A DNA stretch of 63,961 bases, the filler included, from Intoshia linei (lineage: Eukaryota; Animalia; Orthonectida): NCBI GenBank assembly GCA_001642005.1. It is 6 parts of 6 records of this genome, joined end to end, with 100 filler letters (N's around TTAATTAATTAA, not from the genome) between each part and the next. Parts side by side here need not be neighbours in the genome. Positions count along the whole stretch, not along the records: positions 28,699 to 40,851 come from LWCA01001100.1; positions 40,952 to 54,697 come from LWCA01000999.1; 4 more parts are not named here. One strand, written 5' to 3'. Both the position numbers and the translations under genes were made by a program. Shown here in pieces: positions 29,732-43,325 of the stretch (position 1 is the first letter of the stretch; each line of letters opens with the position of its first letter). The notes below the pieces were generated by a model. The model had not been told where the DNA came from. It made no database searches and saw nothing but the letters and a program-made list of their open reading frames with translations.

Positions 29732-31519
29732 ATGTGCGCACATTTTATATTTACTGACATGTCGTCAATTTCAAGTGGTTATGGATCTCAATTAATTTCG
29801 ATAAACGAAAGTCATAGATTATCTAAAAGTGAAACCAATTTGACGCATCTTGATTTAGGACTGGGTTCAGAGTTTTATATAGTTAAAAAAAGGAAAGCTG
29901 GCGAAAAAAATAAATCTAAACGAATCAATATGATCTACTATCAAGATTCGGCAGCAGAATTGAATACAGCATATCAAGATATTAAATATTTACATTGCAA
30001 ATTTGATAAAAGTTTCTACAAAAACTTAAAGTTACAAGGTCAATCTATTGAATTACCAGCTCCAAAAATAAAATTGTTAAATGAAACTGTGTCTAATAGT
30101 GCTACCTATACAGAACGTCAGGTAGAAATTTCAAAATACATTAAAAAACGAAATATGGAGATAAACAGATTAAAATCAGCTTTATTTGAATCTGCAAAAA
30201 ACATTTATAATAGTAGTATCAAGTACTCTTCCAATAATAACATAGATGAGTATTTTCAAGAGTTTTTGAATGAATATGAAAATATGATTGAAAATGAATG
30301 GTTACTTCATAATATCAAATTAAATAAGCTGGAACAATTGTATGATAGCCTTGAAAATAACTACGAAAGTATTCAAGAAAATTACTTAAAAATGCAAGAA
30401 AACTCATCTCTTTTTAGACAACCTTTAAATACTCTCAAGAAAGATATTAAAAAAAAATTGAATCAAACCAAATTTATTGTAGACAAATTAATGGAATCTT
30501 TAAAGCCAAAAAGTGAACAACAATTTAAAACATTTGAAAATAATGCAAAAAATTTGACAATCTTAAAAGAAAAATTTACAAAGTATAAACAAATGTTTCA
30601 ACCAATGATCAAAAAATTTGTAGATGTTAATTTAAGTCGAAGCAGTACAGTTCGAGTTAAACGTCGCATCAATTTTTCCAAAACTAATAAAATCAATTGT
30701 AATAAGGAGGTTGTTAAACCAAAATCTTTAATAAAGTGTCAAAGTCAAGGATCATCAGATCTGAACAAAGAAATAAACATAATTAGAAAAAACAATAACC
30801 GAGAAATTGTAGATGAAATTAATGTAAAACAAACAATGGTTAAAAAAAGGAATTTAAATGTACCTTCACTCTCTACCCTACAACATATCAAAAAGAGGAA
30901 CCATTGTAAATTAGAGACTCTTACAAATATCAATAGTAATGATAATTACATGGAATCGACACGTTCTAGCAAATCAGAAACAATTTCAAATAATGATAAT
31001 GTAGTTATCAACACTACCATTAAAAATATAAACAATACTACTAATCCTTTAAAACATGTTCAATTTAAATTTGACATTTTTTTAAGTACTTTTTTATCTT
31101 TAAATAAAATGGATACCAAAATGATTATTGATGAATTTACGAAATCAGCCGTTTATTTCGATTCAATTTCTATGCTTTCTACTGAAATATCTATCCTTCA
31201 AGATAATATTTTGGGAAGTCATGAATATTTTACCAAAATTAGACAAATTATTGGCACCTCACAAGCAATTGTCAATTCAATCAAACAAATGTATTCAAAA
31301 GTTCTTGCTTTGAATGTCAGACAAATATTTATAAAAATTTCAAACATGATTCTCAAAAAAATTCAAAAAATTATTTTAATTACCAATGATATTTCATCAA
31401 TCAAAATGCTCCCTACTACAGTTGTCATTAATCACAGAGTTCAGGTTACCAATTTTTGTATGGAAATATCTAGCATTTACAGTGTTTTTAAACGGTTAGA
31501 AATTTCAAATTGTCTTTAA
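29732..31519 (+). CDS. Intronless 595-aa coiled-coil protein; C-terminal helical bundle resembling the CAS/FAT-like domain
   Basis: 1.8-kb open frame in very AT-rich DNA; heptad-rich middle; C-terminal pattern NVRQIFIKISNMILKKIQKIILIT. Confidence 0.75.
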   Translation: MCAHFIFTDMSSISSGYGSQLISINESHRLSKSETNLTHLDLGLGSEFYIVKKRKAGEKNKSKRINMIYYQDSAAELNTAYQDIKYLHCKFDKSFYKNLKLQGQSIELPAPKIKLLNETVSNSATYTERQVEISKYIKKRNMEINRLKSALFESAKNIYNSSIKYSSNNNIDEYFQEFLNEYENMIENEWLLHNIKLNKLEQLYDSLENNYESIQENYLKMQENSSLFRQPLNTLKKDIKKKLNQTKFIVDKLMESLKPKSEQQFKTFENNAKNLTILKEKFTKYKQMFQPMIKKFVDVNLSRSSTVRVKRRINFSKTNKINCNKEVVKPKSLIKCQSQGSSDLNKEINIIRKNNNREIVDEINVKQTMVKKRNLNVPSLSTLQHIKKRNHCKLETLTNINSNDNYMESTRSSKSETISNNDNVVINTTIKNINNTTNPLKHVQFKFDIFLSTFLSLNKMDTKMIIDEFTKSAVYFDSISMLSTEISILQDNILGSHEYFTKIRQIIGTSQAIVNSIKQMYSKVLALNVRQIFIKISNMILKKIQKIILITNDISSIKMLPTTVVINHRVQVTNFCMEISSIYSVFKRLEISNCL

Positions 31520-32419
31520 TTTAGAATTTTTTCGAATTTGTAATAAATGTTTATAGGTTTCACATATTTTTTACAAATTCATTTTAAATTCGTCTATATT
31601 CCTGCTTTTGCAAAAACACAATAAAGTTATTATGACAATTTTTTTTTCTTATCGTACAATAAATTAATTTAAATGTTGTAATTAATTTCTATTAATTGTA
31701 ATAATTGTGTAATTTTCATTTTCAACGATTTAATTTCTCGAATTCTGGCTATTTATATTATTTAAATTGTATTCAAACAAAAAATAAAACCCAAAAAAAT
31801 TGAGCTAGAAACAAATTTAAAAAAGTAAACTGTATAACTAAACATGGAGAACAATATTATGAAGTCGGTGCCACGTTTAAAAGCTCAAACGCCAATTTCC
31901 GTTAAAAAAAAGTTCAGTTTTACATTTGTAATATATAGTATATATAAATAAAACTGTAAATGGTCAGACTAACTTTACCGTTAGGAGTTGGCCGAAAATA
32001 TTTTACAATAGTTATTATGTTAGTAATAATATAATTTTAAGCCCTAAGGATATTTTTTCTAAATACTCATGAGACACCTTAATGCCCATGAAACAATTTA
32101 AATTAATGAAATTCTATTTTGGCTTGTAAATTTGATTGCTTTTTTTAAATATTATAGTGTCAAAGTTCCATTTGAATAATTAACAATAATTATTTTTGGA
32201 GTGCATTTTAATTATTAATTGTGTTTATTATTAACAAAGTAAGTTTCAAAATTGTACGTATTTATAATTATATTTATGCAAACAATAAAAGAAAATTTGA
32301 TCAAATTTGAACAAAAATTAGCCTATTATTGATAAATAATACTTTTAATCGATTTCGTAAATTGATAAAATTTTGGAAAAATATTTAATTTAATTTTTGA
32401 TATAATTAACCAAAAAAAT

Positions 32420-33160
32420 TTGAAATTTAAAAATTGCGAAGGAATGAATTATATAGATTTTCACCCATATGTCTTTATTGGAAATGTGTAGACGTAAAAT
32501 GCACATTTTTTTTTGAAATTGTAGGATTAATATTTACATTTTCAATTTTTAATTTAATCGAAATATTTGAAAAATATTGGTAGATAATATATTAAAAATT
32601 ATTTTTCACCGGGAATGCGTAGATTTCTGGGGTTGAACTTTTGTATTTATATCAACTGGAATAAGCTCTACAGAAAAACCTTTTTTTTAATTTTCGGACC
32701 ATTAATTATTTGACATTTTTTGTTATAATAAAATATTTAGAAAAAAAATATATGAATACTAAAATGCTTTTTTGAGCGTGAATTCGTCACTTATTCGGAT
32801 TGAAATTTTTTGGGTGTGTTCATAGAATACAACTGTATTACCTGTAAATTTTTTGAAATTCTAGGGCTGTTTTCTAAAAAAAAGGAATGGGAATTTGGGG
32901 TTTTGGCCTGGAAGATATAATTTTTTTAAATTCTCCATCTCGTTTGATTTTCAAAAAGAGAGACAACTGGGGTTTTTGACTCGTAAGATGTGAAATTGGG
33001 AGGTTGAAATTTATATTAATATACCCGAAAAAAAACTGTAATTGAAATGTGATATTTAAAAAATTCGAAGAGTGGTAGTTATTTCAATAAAGTGGAACAC
33101 ACAGACAGACGGACACACACACAAACAAAAATCGCGTAGAATATTATATAAGTTACGATA
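32420..33160 (-). mobile_element. Dispersed Helitron-like non-autonomous repeat with gtctgtctgt microsatellite near its 5' end
   Basis: Inverted match to 225-520 and 1325-2000; its 3' part is repeated at ~58150-58225. Confidence 0.55.
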
Positions 33161-33169
33161 ACCATATAA

Positions 33170-33330
33170 CTGCAAATGAAACAAGCGATGTAAATCTCAT
33201 TGTGCGATGTTAAAAATGTGGAAAACAAAGTGAAACTCCGTTCAACATTATTTGTGTTAGATGGCGCTTTTCTTAATAAATTGTATATATAAGGTGATAT
33301 TTGTTGATTTTTATTGATCAATTATATGGC
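33170..33330 (-). mobile_element. hAT dimerisation-domain remnant
   Basis: LRKAPSNTNNVERSF. Confidence 0.5.
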
Positions 33331-33941
33331 ACATTATTATTATTAATATATTTTTTTGTGATTCAATGGTAACTCAATAAAATTTTAAGAAATAACCTTT
33401 TTTAAAAATAATTGAGTTTATGGCATTTAAAAAAAAATGGACTTTATAAATTGTGAATGTTAGTATCATGGTGCTTGTAATTTCGTGCTGATTATCATAT
33501 AAAAAGTGACATTTTGCCATAAAAAACTTCCCTATTTATTAGTCTTATTTACAGTTAATGAGAAATTAAATTATTCAAAGGATTTTGGTAAACTTCCAGT
33601 TAATATTATGTAAATTAAATTATATAACCTATATTAGTATACTAATAATTTACTAACAGTGTTAAATCGAAGAAGTAAAATATTAGAAAGAAAAGTAATT
33701 TACTATTATCAAGGAACATCAAAAATTTTACTAATCCAGATAGAAAATTATTTATATTTAGTTCAGTGCTAATTGGTAGGTTTCCTCAAGCAAATTTGGT
33801 AAATTTTTATACCAGATGAATTCTATTGAAATTAAAATGAAAAGTTTTTTATATTAGTCTAATAATAATTAGAGCAATTCCATGTAAAATCGACAAATTT
33901 TTATAAAATTAGTAACCTGACCCTTTTCGATTTTGACTATA

Positions 33942-34669
33942 CAGTCAGATGTGAGTTTTCTGAACATCTAATAATTCGAACATTGACTGTCTGAACATAA
34001 TTTTAAAATGTTACCATAATAGCAGTATAGAAATTTCTTATTTTAATTTGAACATTGTCGATGTGAACATTGAACGGAAAATATTTTGGATGCTAAAACA
34101 ATTCAAATATATTATCATTTTATAGCGTGATTTTTAAATTTTTATATTGTAAGTATAAAAAATAAACGGAAAGGATAGACTTAAATTTAAAGAAAAATAG
34201 AAATATCATTTGTTTCTTCGATCAAAATCCATATTATTCACAACGGGAATTGGAAATTAAATTTAAAATTTCATTAGGTATCATAATGTCTATATATATA
34301 TCTATATATAAAGGAAAAAATAATAATTCTGGATGATGATTGTATTAATAGGAGACAACGGAAACTATTACATTTCCAAATGGAAATGGATCCACAATCC
34401 AAATGGAAATAAATACTTAAACTACCCAAAAATTCACTCCTCTAATGTACACTATGTTAATAAACATTTACAAGCATGCATTTTAAATTAAAATTATATT
34501 ATACATATCTATATATCATCAGACAGACACAAAAAAAGTTATCCATTTTTATATATAAGATTTATTATTTATTTATCTGAATTGTATTTAAAATTGCAAA
34601 CTAAGAACTATTTTTAAAATCTATGCCGAGTCGGAATTCCCGACTATTCAGATTATGCAGATCTGACTG
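33942..34669 (+). mobile_element. Tigger-like internally deleted element
   Basis: TA|CAGTCAGAT..CTGAA and TTCAG..ATCTGACTG|TA ends; psq-HTH-like remnant SQRELEIKFKISLG. Confidence 0.6.
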
Positions 34670-35553
34670 TATCATAAATTTTAGTTTATTTGGTGTTACA
34701 TTTAAAGCTAAAACTAATCGGTACGAATAAAAAATTTTTATGTTATTAAATGGAATTATATTAAAAAAATTTATGTAAATTAAAATCTTCATAAAAAACA
34801 GGATTCCTAGAAAAAATAAAATTTCAAATATCTTTTTACATTAGAGCCTAAGAGCAAAAATGTAAGTATGAAATTTACCGTACAGTTTTATGTACAATTG
34901 TATTCCATAATTTAATTAGATTACCTGTATTGGTAAACATGTCAGATGACATGTTATTTATCATGGGTTTAAATTAATTTTTTGAAATTTTTCCAAAATT
35001 AAGTTTATTTACGTTGTGTAATCATGTTCTAAATTTAAGTCCAAGAATTACGGTCTTCAAGTACATTGAACTTGCATTAGTGCTGTGTAATTTTGATAAA
35101 ACTTATAAAATTTTGAATATTTCGTGGGCTATTTAACTATATTTGCTAGATATTTTCAGTTTATATTTAGGTATCATGAAATTAAAAACATTTAAATAAT
35201 TTGAAAACTTTAATATTTCAAATATCTAACAATTCATATCTCACTTGTAAAATAAATATTCATAATCCGTCAATGTTGTTGGACTTATAGTTAAAAAATA
35301 CGATTTGGATGTCAATGTAAAATTCTGATCTAAAATCAATTCTATTAATCTCATACAAATTGACGTATTTCTACCAAAAATTTAAGATATCTAGTTTGGC
35401 ATCAGCACCATACATACATTAAGTATAATATGAGAATAAGAATTAATGATTGTAATAAAATATCATAGTTTTTATTTACAATTTAAAATTAATATAACAA
35501 GTATGTATAACAAAAAAATAGAATGGTAATATTTTGGTGTAATTTTTTTTTCA

Positions 35554-38500
35554 TTAATTTCTCTTTCTCCATCTGTGAATCAAAACATTGGCAAATCCTG
35601 CTCTAAATTGACTGTTGTAGAATCCATATAAGAATGGATTTAATGATGAATTTGCATATCCAAGCCATAAAAAGAATTCTTCAAGGTGGTAATTTATGTT
35701 GAACGAAACAAATGGGCGCATAGTAAACACAGTGAAATATGGTATCCAACAAATTAGAAATGCTATTACCACAGATCCTAATGTTATTCTAGAATATAAT
35801 CATTATAAATATCTACTGTAAATTATACGTGGCTTTGTGTTCATTCGATTGGCTCAATTTATTTTTTTTAAATATGTTTCTTAAAGATAAGGATAATATA
35901 TTTTTTTTTGATCGTTTTATTTGCAACGGTTTCAATTCAATGCTTTCCGCTTCCCTTGTTTTTGTGACATTGGTGATCATTTTTTCTAATTTTTTTATTT
36001 TTTTTGTCTAAATTTAAATTTTAAATTTATTATTTGCAATGGATAAAAGTATTTATTTATTGACTAGTTTAATAGTTTGTAATTTCAAATGACACAATGC
36101 CTTTTCTCAGATTACAGATTTCTTAAAAGACGGGTCTCAGTACCATAAGTTCAAATCTATTTTTTATAGATAATGCGATCCAACACTGAAAAATTCTCCG
36201 CCATAAATATGGGTTTAATATAAAATAGTAGTTCTCAAATTGGGCGATATTGCTTATTAATTAATGATAATTAACAATTATATCTAAATTTGTGAAAATA
36301 CTTTATATTCATATCAAATAATATCAAATAATATTAAATTAAAATGCTAGTTTTATCATACTAACATTCATTTTAAAAAGTCAATTTTGCAAAATGGATA
36401 CAAAACCATACAAAAAATATATTTTACTTCTAATTTCCAGCATAGAATTATAATTGATAATTATCACAACGAAAGAACTCGCCAATTTTACTACGTAATC
36501 AACGATAATAATCTGGATTATCTTATGACATAATAATCTTATCACGGCTGACTCAGCGGTGGTAACCATAAAAATTTTTTAACAATTAAAAAAACCATGG
36601 CCGCTCCAATTAAAAACGTATTATATATCAATTTTTACATTCACATTTTATTTTTTCATTTAAACTTGTATAATTTTAAATTACCTATGTGAAAATATAT
36701 GAAAATAAAAGAATAAATTTTTTCAAAATTATGCTGTGTATAGTATATAATACACAGACAGTGAATGCTGATTGGAGATAACTATATCAATTTGGAGTTT
36801 TCTTTATGAAGATATACCATTTTCATGATTTTAAAATTTGTATCAGAGTGTATAGTTTTTTAACTTATAAAAACTGTTTTATTTTCAAAAAAAATTATAA
36901 TTGGGGTTTTTGACCAGTAAGATGTAAGTTTCTGAGATTGAAAATTATCCAACCATCTCCCGGAAAAAACTGATTTGGAATTATTGTTTATTAAAATCAT
37001 AGCTATTGAAATAAACGATAACAGACAAACACAAATGATTTTTTTATAAGTTACGATATATTCTTGAAACAAACAATGACTGTTATATAGGCATAGAAAA
37101 TTGCAATAAAATAGATTCAATAATAATTTAAGATTAGATAGATTAATAGAATTAAATTTATAATATTTATATAATTTAATTTACCGTTATAAATTTAAAA
37201 AAAATTTTATCGATAAAAATATTGTTACCGATAATTTAGCGGTAAATGTTTATCAATTGCCTACCCTAATCTGTATGAATGAATTAAAGAAACATCGATT
37301 CTTTCTAAAAAATCTTTTGATTAGATCTTTAGATCTAAGAGAATTTTAATATTTTTCAATAAATTTTAAATCTTACCATTTCTCAATATGTAATATAATG
37401 AAAATTCAATAATCTCTTTAAATTAGATTATTTTCGATATACAATTACATTATTATAACATAAAATTATAGATTCAAAAATACGTATTAAGGAATATACA
37501 ACAAATTAATTAAATTGGTGCATTGTCCTTAAATTTAACAATTTTTAAATTATTTAAAAAAATTTGAATAAATTTATATTATTAATTCATTTAATAAAAA
37601 TTTCATAAAAATATTTTATAAATTATAATTTTAACTAACTTTATTTATAAAAAAATAGATGCAAACGTCTAGCAGTAATTCCTAAAATGGAAGACTTAGT
37701 AATTTAATAATTTATTTTTGTCTTTATAAAAAAATAAAAAAACATTGATATCAAAATAAATGACATTGACGTTGATCTTGAGGAATATAAACTGAGAGTA
37801 AAACCGGAAAAAACTGTAATTGAAATGTGGACTTTATAAAATTCTAAGACTGGTAGTTATTTCAATAAACGATAACACAAACAAATATTGCATAGTATAT
37901 TATAATATGCTATGATTATATAAGTACACACAAACAAATATTGCGTAGCATATTATAATATGCTAATTATATATAATGATAAGTATATAATTATATAAGT
38001 AAGGATTTGATACAAACTTTTCTTTAATACACTGAAACTAACCAGCATTAGAATAAAAATACAATGTTACTTGATTAATTTGATTTTATAATGAAAATTA
38101 TTTTGAAATAACAGTAAAAACAATATAAACAATAATGAATACAATTTTTTAATAATAATGTGGATTCAAGTGGAATACAATTTAAATTCGACACAAATAG
38201 TACATAAAATCACGCTTTACGTGTAATAATATTTTAATCAGATTAAGAAATAAAAAATTATCTCAAACTAAATATAAATAATTTAAAATAAGAAAGGTAC
38301 AAGAAATTAGATTAGCTAAATTAGATTAGATGGTCTAAAATGTAACAAGATGAATAAAAAATATAATTATAATCAAAATTATAATAATGTTTATCGAGTG
38401 TATTAAACAAACTATAATTAGACATAAATATATAAAGTGACACCTTCAAATTTATTTTATTATACTATTACACTTATGCTTTTTACTATTAAATGTAAAT

Positions 38501-39346
38501 ATTATCGGCAATACACTTTACATTATTAATTTTTTAGTTATTATATAACGAATATTACTTGTTCTCTGGTAACTTTGAAAACTTTCATTGTGAGAGCAAA
38601 CATGACAGCAAGAGGAATAAAATATGTTAAAATTGATACAATTAATACAAAAACTTTGTTTTTTTCAAAAATGCAGACATTATTAGAAATATCAATTTCT
38701 CTAGTGTTTTGAACAAATCCGTCTTCAGTATTCCATCCTGCAAAAATGGGAACAAATGCAAACATTATAGAAATAATCCAAAATCCTGTACAAAAAAGAA
38801 AAACTCGTTTATGATTGATGAGGCGTAAATAAATAAAAGGACGTGTCACAGCAAACCATCTATCTAGTGATATCGCAAATAGTGTTAATATGGAAGTAGT
38901 GCAAAGCATTACTAATATTTATTAAAGATTAATTAAATTTTTAAATAATTACCGTCAAGAGATATCCATATATTACAAAATACATTTCCGAGAAACCAAG
39001 GTTTAACTGACAGTGTTGATATGATACTGAATGGTAACACCAAAATTCCTAATGAAGCATCGGCCATAGCCAAAGAAAATACAAAATAATTGGTTGGAGT
39101 TTGTAAATGTTTTTCAAATATAATTGTTACACAGACCAAACCGTTTCCCAAAATTATTAATATTGTTATTAATACCAATAAAAAGCCTACAATTATTGAT
39201 CTAACAGTAGAAAATTTTGGATAATCGGATGTTTTTGGAATAGGTGTAGAAATATTTATTTGAGAAATTGATGTAGAATTGCAAGATGTTAGAGTAATAT
39301 TGATTATAATTATCAGAACAATGCTTTTAATTTTTAATTCCTTCAT
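35554..39346 (-). CDS. HRH2: Histamine H2 receptor-like aminergic GPCR, 4 coding exons
   Basis: [73 protein letters not shown]. Confidence 0.85.
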
Positions 39347-40951
39347 TTATTTTAATTTGCGTATAAATTTTTAAGAAGATGCAAATAAGTGTATCTAAAA
39401 TTGATATATTAAAAATGTATGAATTAAATTAAACATGTATCAAATACAATCCATCAAATATTTAACATAATTCATTGTGTAAATTTCATTGTCTCAATTA
39501 ATCAATAATATCCAGTTAAATTATCATCCTATATTTGAGTCCTAATAGTGTGCTTATTGTCGTATTAACTTAAATTGCAATTTATATACATTTACAAATC
39601 TTTAATGAGATTTTATTAAAGTAATATTATATGTTTTGGTAGCAACTTGGCTGTAAAATTTTACACTTTTAAATCAATACCATATTTTTGTCATTTGTTA
39701 TCCGGTTATTTAAATAAAACAATTGATTAAAAATTTATAGTCAATGATAATACTAATTATATATTCAAATATTGTAGCAGTGAGCATAATTAAATTCAAA
39801 AAAATTTAGTTTACGTCCTATATATTTTTTTTCATTTTAACGATTTCCATTGTCCATACTTTTAATTATGTGGTATTAAATTGAAATTGTTGAAATATTC
39901 ATTTTTATATTATTTAAATTTATTAACTAATATTCAATTAATTTATAAATGTAATGGTTTGATTCAAAAAATCTCTTAAACAGAGCATGGTATAGAATTA
40001 GATACATGTAATTTATGCAAGATATGTGACATGTATAATAAGTTTTATGAATATTTACATTATAATTACTATTATACTAATAATATAGTCAAGAGAAGTA
40101 GTTTCATTGTTGCTTGGACAATACGCAAACCTATCTGTCAGATATTCGATAAAAAAGTGACAAATTGATCATATTGATATGTTTTGATCTCAATACTAAT
40201 TAACTAAAATAGCCATAATTGAAGTAATTTTCAAATGTTATATGAACCATAATCGTTAAATTTAAGATAAAATTATATATACATTAATATTTAAAATAAA
40301 TATTTAGTATAATTTGAAGCCAATTAGTTATATAATGAGTTCATTAATAGGCACATTTTGTTTGTGTGCATGAGACTATTTTTAATTTTAAAATGTATGT
40401 TAATGATTAACATGTATCTCTGTTGTATTTCAATCCTATTTTACTAATCGCGATTATATTTTTCCATTCAATTTAAAGTAAATTGACCTACAATGTATGT
40501 AATATATTGTTATGATATAATACATTAAATATTAATGAAGTAGCTTTATTATATAATTAATAATGATACAAATTGGAAAGTCGTAAATTTTGGAAATTTT
40601 AATCAAATTTACGTGCATAAGTATATATGATATTCTTGTTGATATATATCAAGGGTTCCCAAACTCATTTTTCTTACCGCCTTCTTTTTAGCAATATATT
40701 TTATCAATAAAAAAATATATATCATATCAAAAATTTTTCGACTACGTTGTATATATTAATTACTGTCACTTTTTATATCAGTGGATCCAAAACTTTTTAT
40801 AAAAATATCCCCTTACAACCAAAAAATTCATCAACGCTCCACTCTATCCATNNNNNNNNNNNNNNNNNNNNNNNNNNNNNNNNNNNNNNNNNNNNTTAAT
40901 TAATTAANNNNNNNNNNNNNNNNNNNNNNNNNNNNNNNNNNNNNNNNNNNN

Positions 40952-41622
40952 AGAGAAGATGGACAAAGAATCATTGTAAGGTGTGCTAATAGAGTTAATT
41001 CTGTTGAATATATTAGGATTTTGAATAGGTATATCGATGAACTTCATAATACACGATATATTTTCCAGCATGATAGAGCACCAGGCCATAGATCATGAAT
41101 GACAAACAACTTTATCAAAAATAGATACCTAAATACGCTTGATAGTTGGCCCCCACAAAGTTCAGATCTCAATATAATTGAGCATGTATGGGGTATGTTT
41201 AAGATAAATGTTTCAAAAATTAAACCAAGAAATTTGGAACAACTTTGGACTGTTACAAGAGAAGAATTTTATAAAATACCCGATGAATATATCAAGAATT
41301 TATTCAAGTCTTTACCTAGAAAAATAAAATCTGTTATTGGTTCAAATGGTGGTAATACCAGATATTAACAATAATAAATTTCTTTTTTAATTTTTCTTCG
41401 AAAATGTTGCATTTGATTCAGAAGTGCCTAAAACTTTTGCACGGTCATATTTTAACAATTTCTTGTTTCCATCGTTTCTATGTACATTTTACATATTTTG
41501 TTAATCGACACATAATTATCTATGAATTTTAATCACTTGAACAAAATTTTAAGAAGATTCGACACATCGTTATATTAATATAGCCGTTTAAAGGGGGTTC
41601 CTAAAACGTTTGCACGGGTCTG
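40952..41622 (+). mobile_element. Tc1-family transposon 3' half with IR/DR-type right end
   Basis: FQHDRAPGH, WPPQSSDLNIIEHVW, SLPRKIKSVIGSNGGNTRY*; direct repeats cctaaaac.tttgcacgg at ~41427 and ~41600; ends ctg|TA. Confidence 0.9.
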
Positions 41623-41964
41623 TACCATCAAATATATCTTAATGATCCTAACTGTACCAATCACCTTAACTCTCACCATAAACCTCAAGAACTGCAATCT
41701 CTCTACCTTAAAATTAACAAAATTAATATCGCGATGTCAAAGTTCAAAATGAACGAACCATTCTTTAATCAAATAAGGTAATAATCAACCAATAATGTTC
41801 ATGGATCTTTTACCATGATTTTATTGTGACGATGTACAACAAGTATCAAATAAGCCCCTTGATAAATTGAACTCGAACCAAAATACTTCAAAAAAAAAAC
41901 TTTCTAACTTTCTTTTTCTTTTTTCTTTTTTTTTTTTTTCTAACTTGAACCTTTTAAACACTTG

Positions 41965-42145
41965 AGATGTCACACCTTTCATTTGAAATAAGGAAGATTA
42001 CAATTTATTTAACAAAGGATACCCGCAGACAAAAATCGCAAAGCTGTCAATATTGACATGTGCTGTTAACGAAAATATTAAGAAACATAAGCAAGATATT
42101 CCTCTCCAAGATAGAAAACGACTTGGCAAGAGCTTGAAAAAAGTA
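41965..42145 (+). mobile_element. Possible Tc1 N-terminal HTH remnant
   Basis: MSHLSFEIRK..GYPQTKIAKL..pattern with frameshifts. Confidence 0.4.
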
Positions 42146-42785
42146 ATATATGTAATAATACTTGTACAGTAGAATCTCTTTAATTTAAAGTCAATTTCAT
42201 TGAAATACTCTTCATTTTAAATATTCACATGTTCATTTTTATATGAATTTTATAATTGATTTTGAAAATATTTGAATTATTTTATTTACATTTTATATTA
42301 TTAATTAATTTTATTATTACGAAATTTTTTCATTTAAAATTTAGTGTCTCATAGAATGAATATTACTTATGATTTATTTAGTTAATCTTATATCTTATAT
42401 TAATTATCTTAGCTAATATTATAGAGAATTAAATCGTATCGTTGTTCGATATTCGATATATAATGATTTAGCTGCTGTTAAAAGTTATTTGGAATAAATT
42501 TACATTTATTTATTTTTATTAGTCATAAAAACGTCAAATTAAAAATTGTAAATAATCATTGAAGCAAACTTTATAAAACAGAATTATATGACAACTACTT
42601 GCTCATACTTAATATGAGGCTGTCATATTTGATACAGCACTGTCTATATTTGATACGAAAGTGAAATTTCAATATGATCAATTTATCTAGATATAACCAA
42701 GAAATATTCAATACATCGTTATAACTAAACTATAGTCTAAACTAAGTCGTATAAACTTTATTCTATACACAGTTACTACTTAATA

Positions 42786-43296
42786 TTGCTCACACACGCT
42801 ACAATGAATTTGAATAGAGCTTTGAATTTGGCGCAGGATTGGGAAGATGAAGTTGATCTAATTAATGAAACGGAATTAAATACAGTGGATAAGGTAGTGT
42901 CGAGTCCGATTTTTGATACGATGGACGTAAATGATAGTTTTTTAAGTTTAACCAACTTTACACGGCTGGAAATATTAACTTTATATCACCGATTTATCTC
43001 TGTCTATAACTCACACCGTAAATTTCATGTAAAAATTAATTTTTAATTTGTTCTAGCACTCGATTCATTATTGATGTATATGTTTTGAATTAAGACTAAA
43101 CACGTATCCAATTTTATGTAAAGTATTCTAACTAAAAACAACCGACACAGTCAAAAAACTCCTCGACCGTGTGAGATACCCTCTTTTGGAAAGTTTAAAA
43201 ATATAGTGGTGGAGCGACAGAAAATGGCCAGTGACAATAGAGGGTAGGTGGCCTCATGTCGATTTATTGGGAGACAACACAGATCGTTGAGTGGTT
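42786..43296 (+). mobile_element. Decayed Harbinger/PIF-like (DDE_Tnp_4) transposase N-terminal part
   Basis: LTNFTRLEILTLY, ALDSLLMY, LLDRVRYPL, LLGDNT (first catalytic Asp region). Confidence 0.5.
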
Positions 43297-43325
43297 CAAC
43301 ACAGATCGTTGAGTGGTTCAACACA
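43275..43325 (+). repeat. 22-bp tandem duplication, 2.3 copies
   Basis: caacacagatcgttgagtggtt x2 + caacaca. Confidence 0.9.

Noticed and set aside
43275-43325. Direct repeats next to viral sequence as a CRISPR-like array
   Set aside because: Adjacent repeats with no spacers, only 2.3 copies, eukaryotic context, no cas genes
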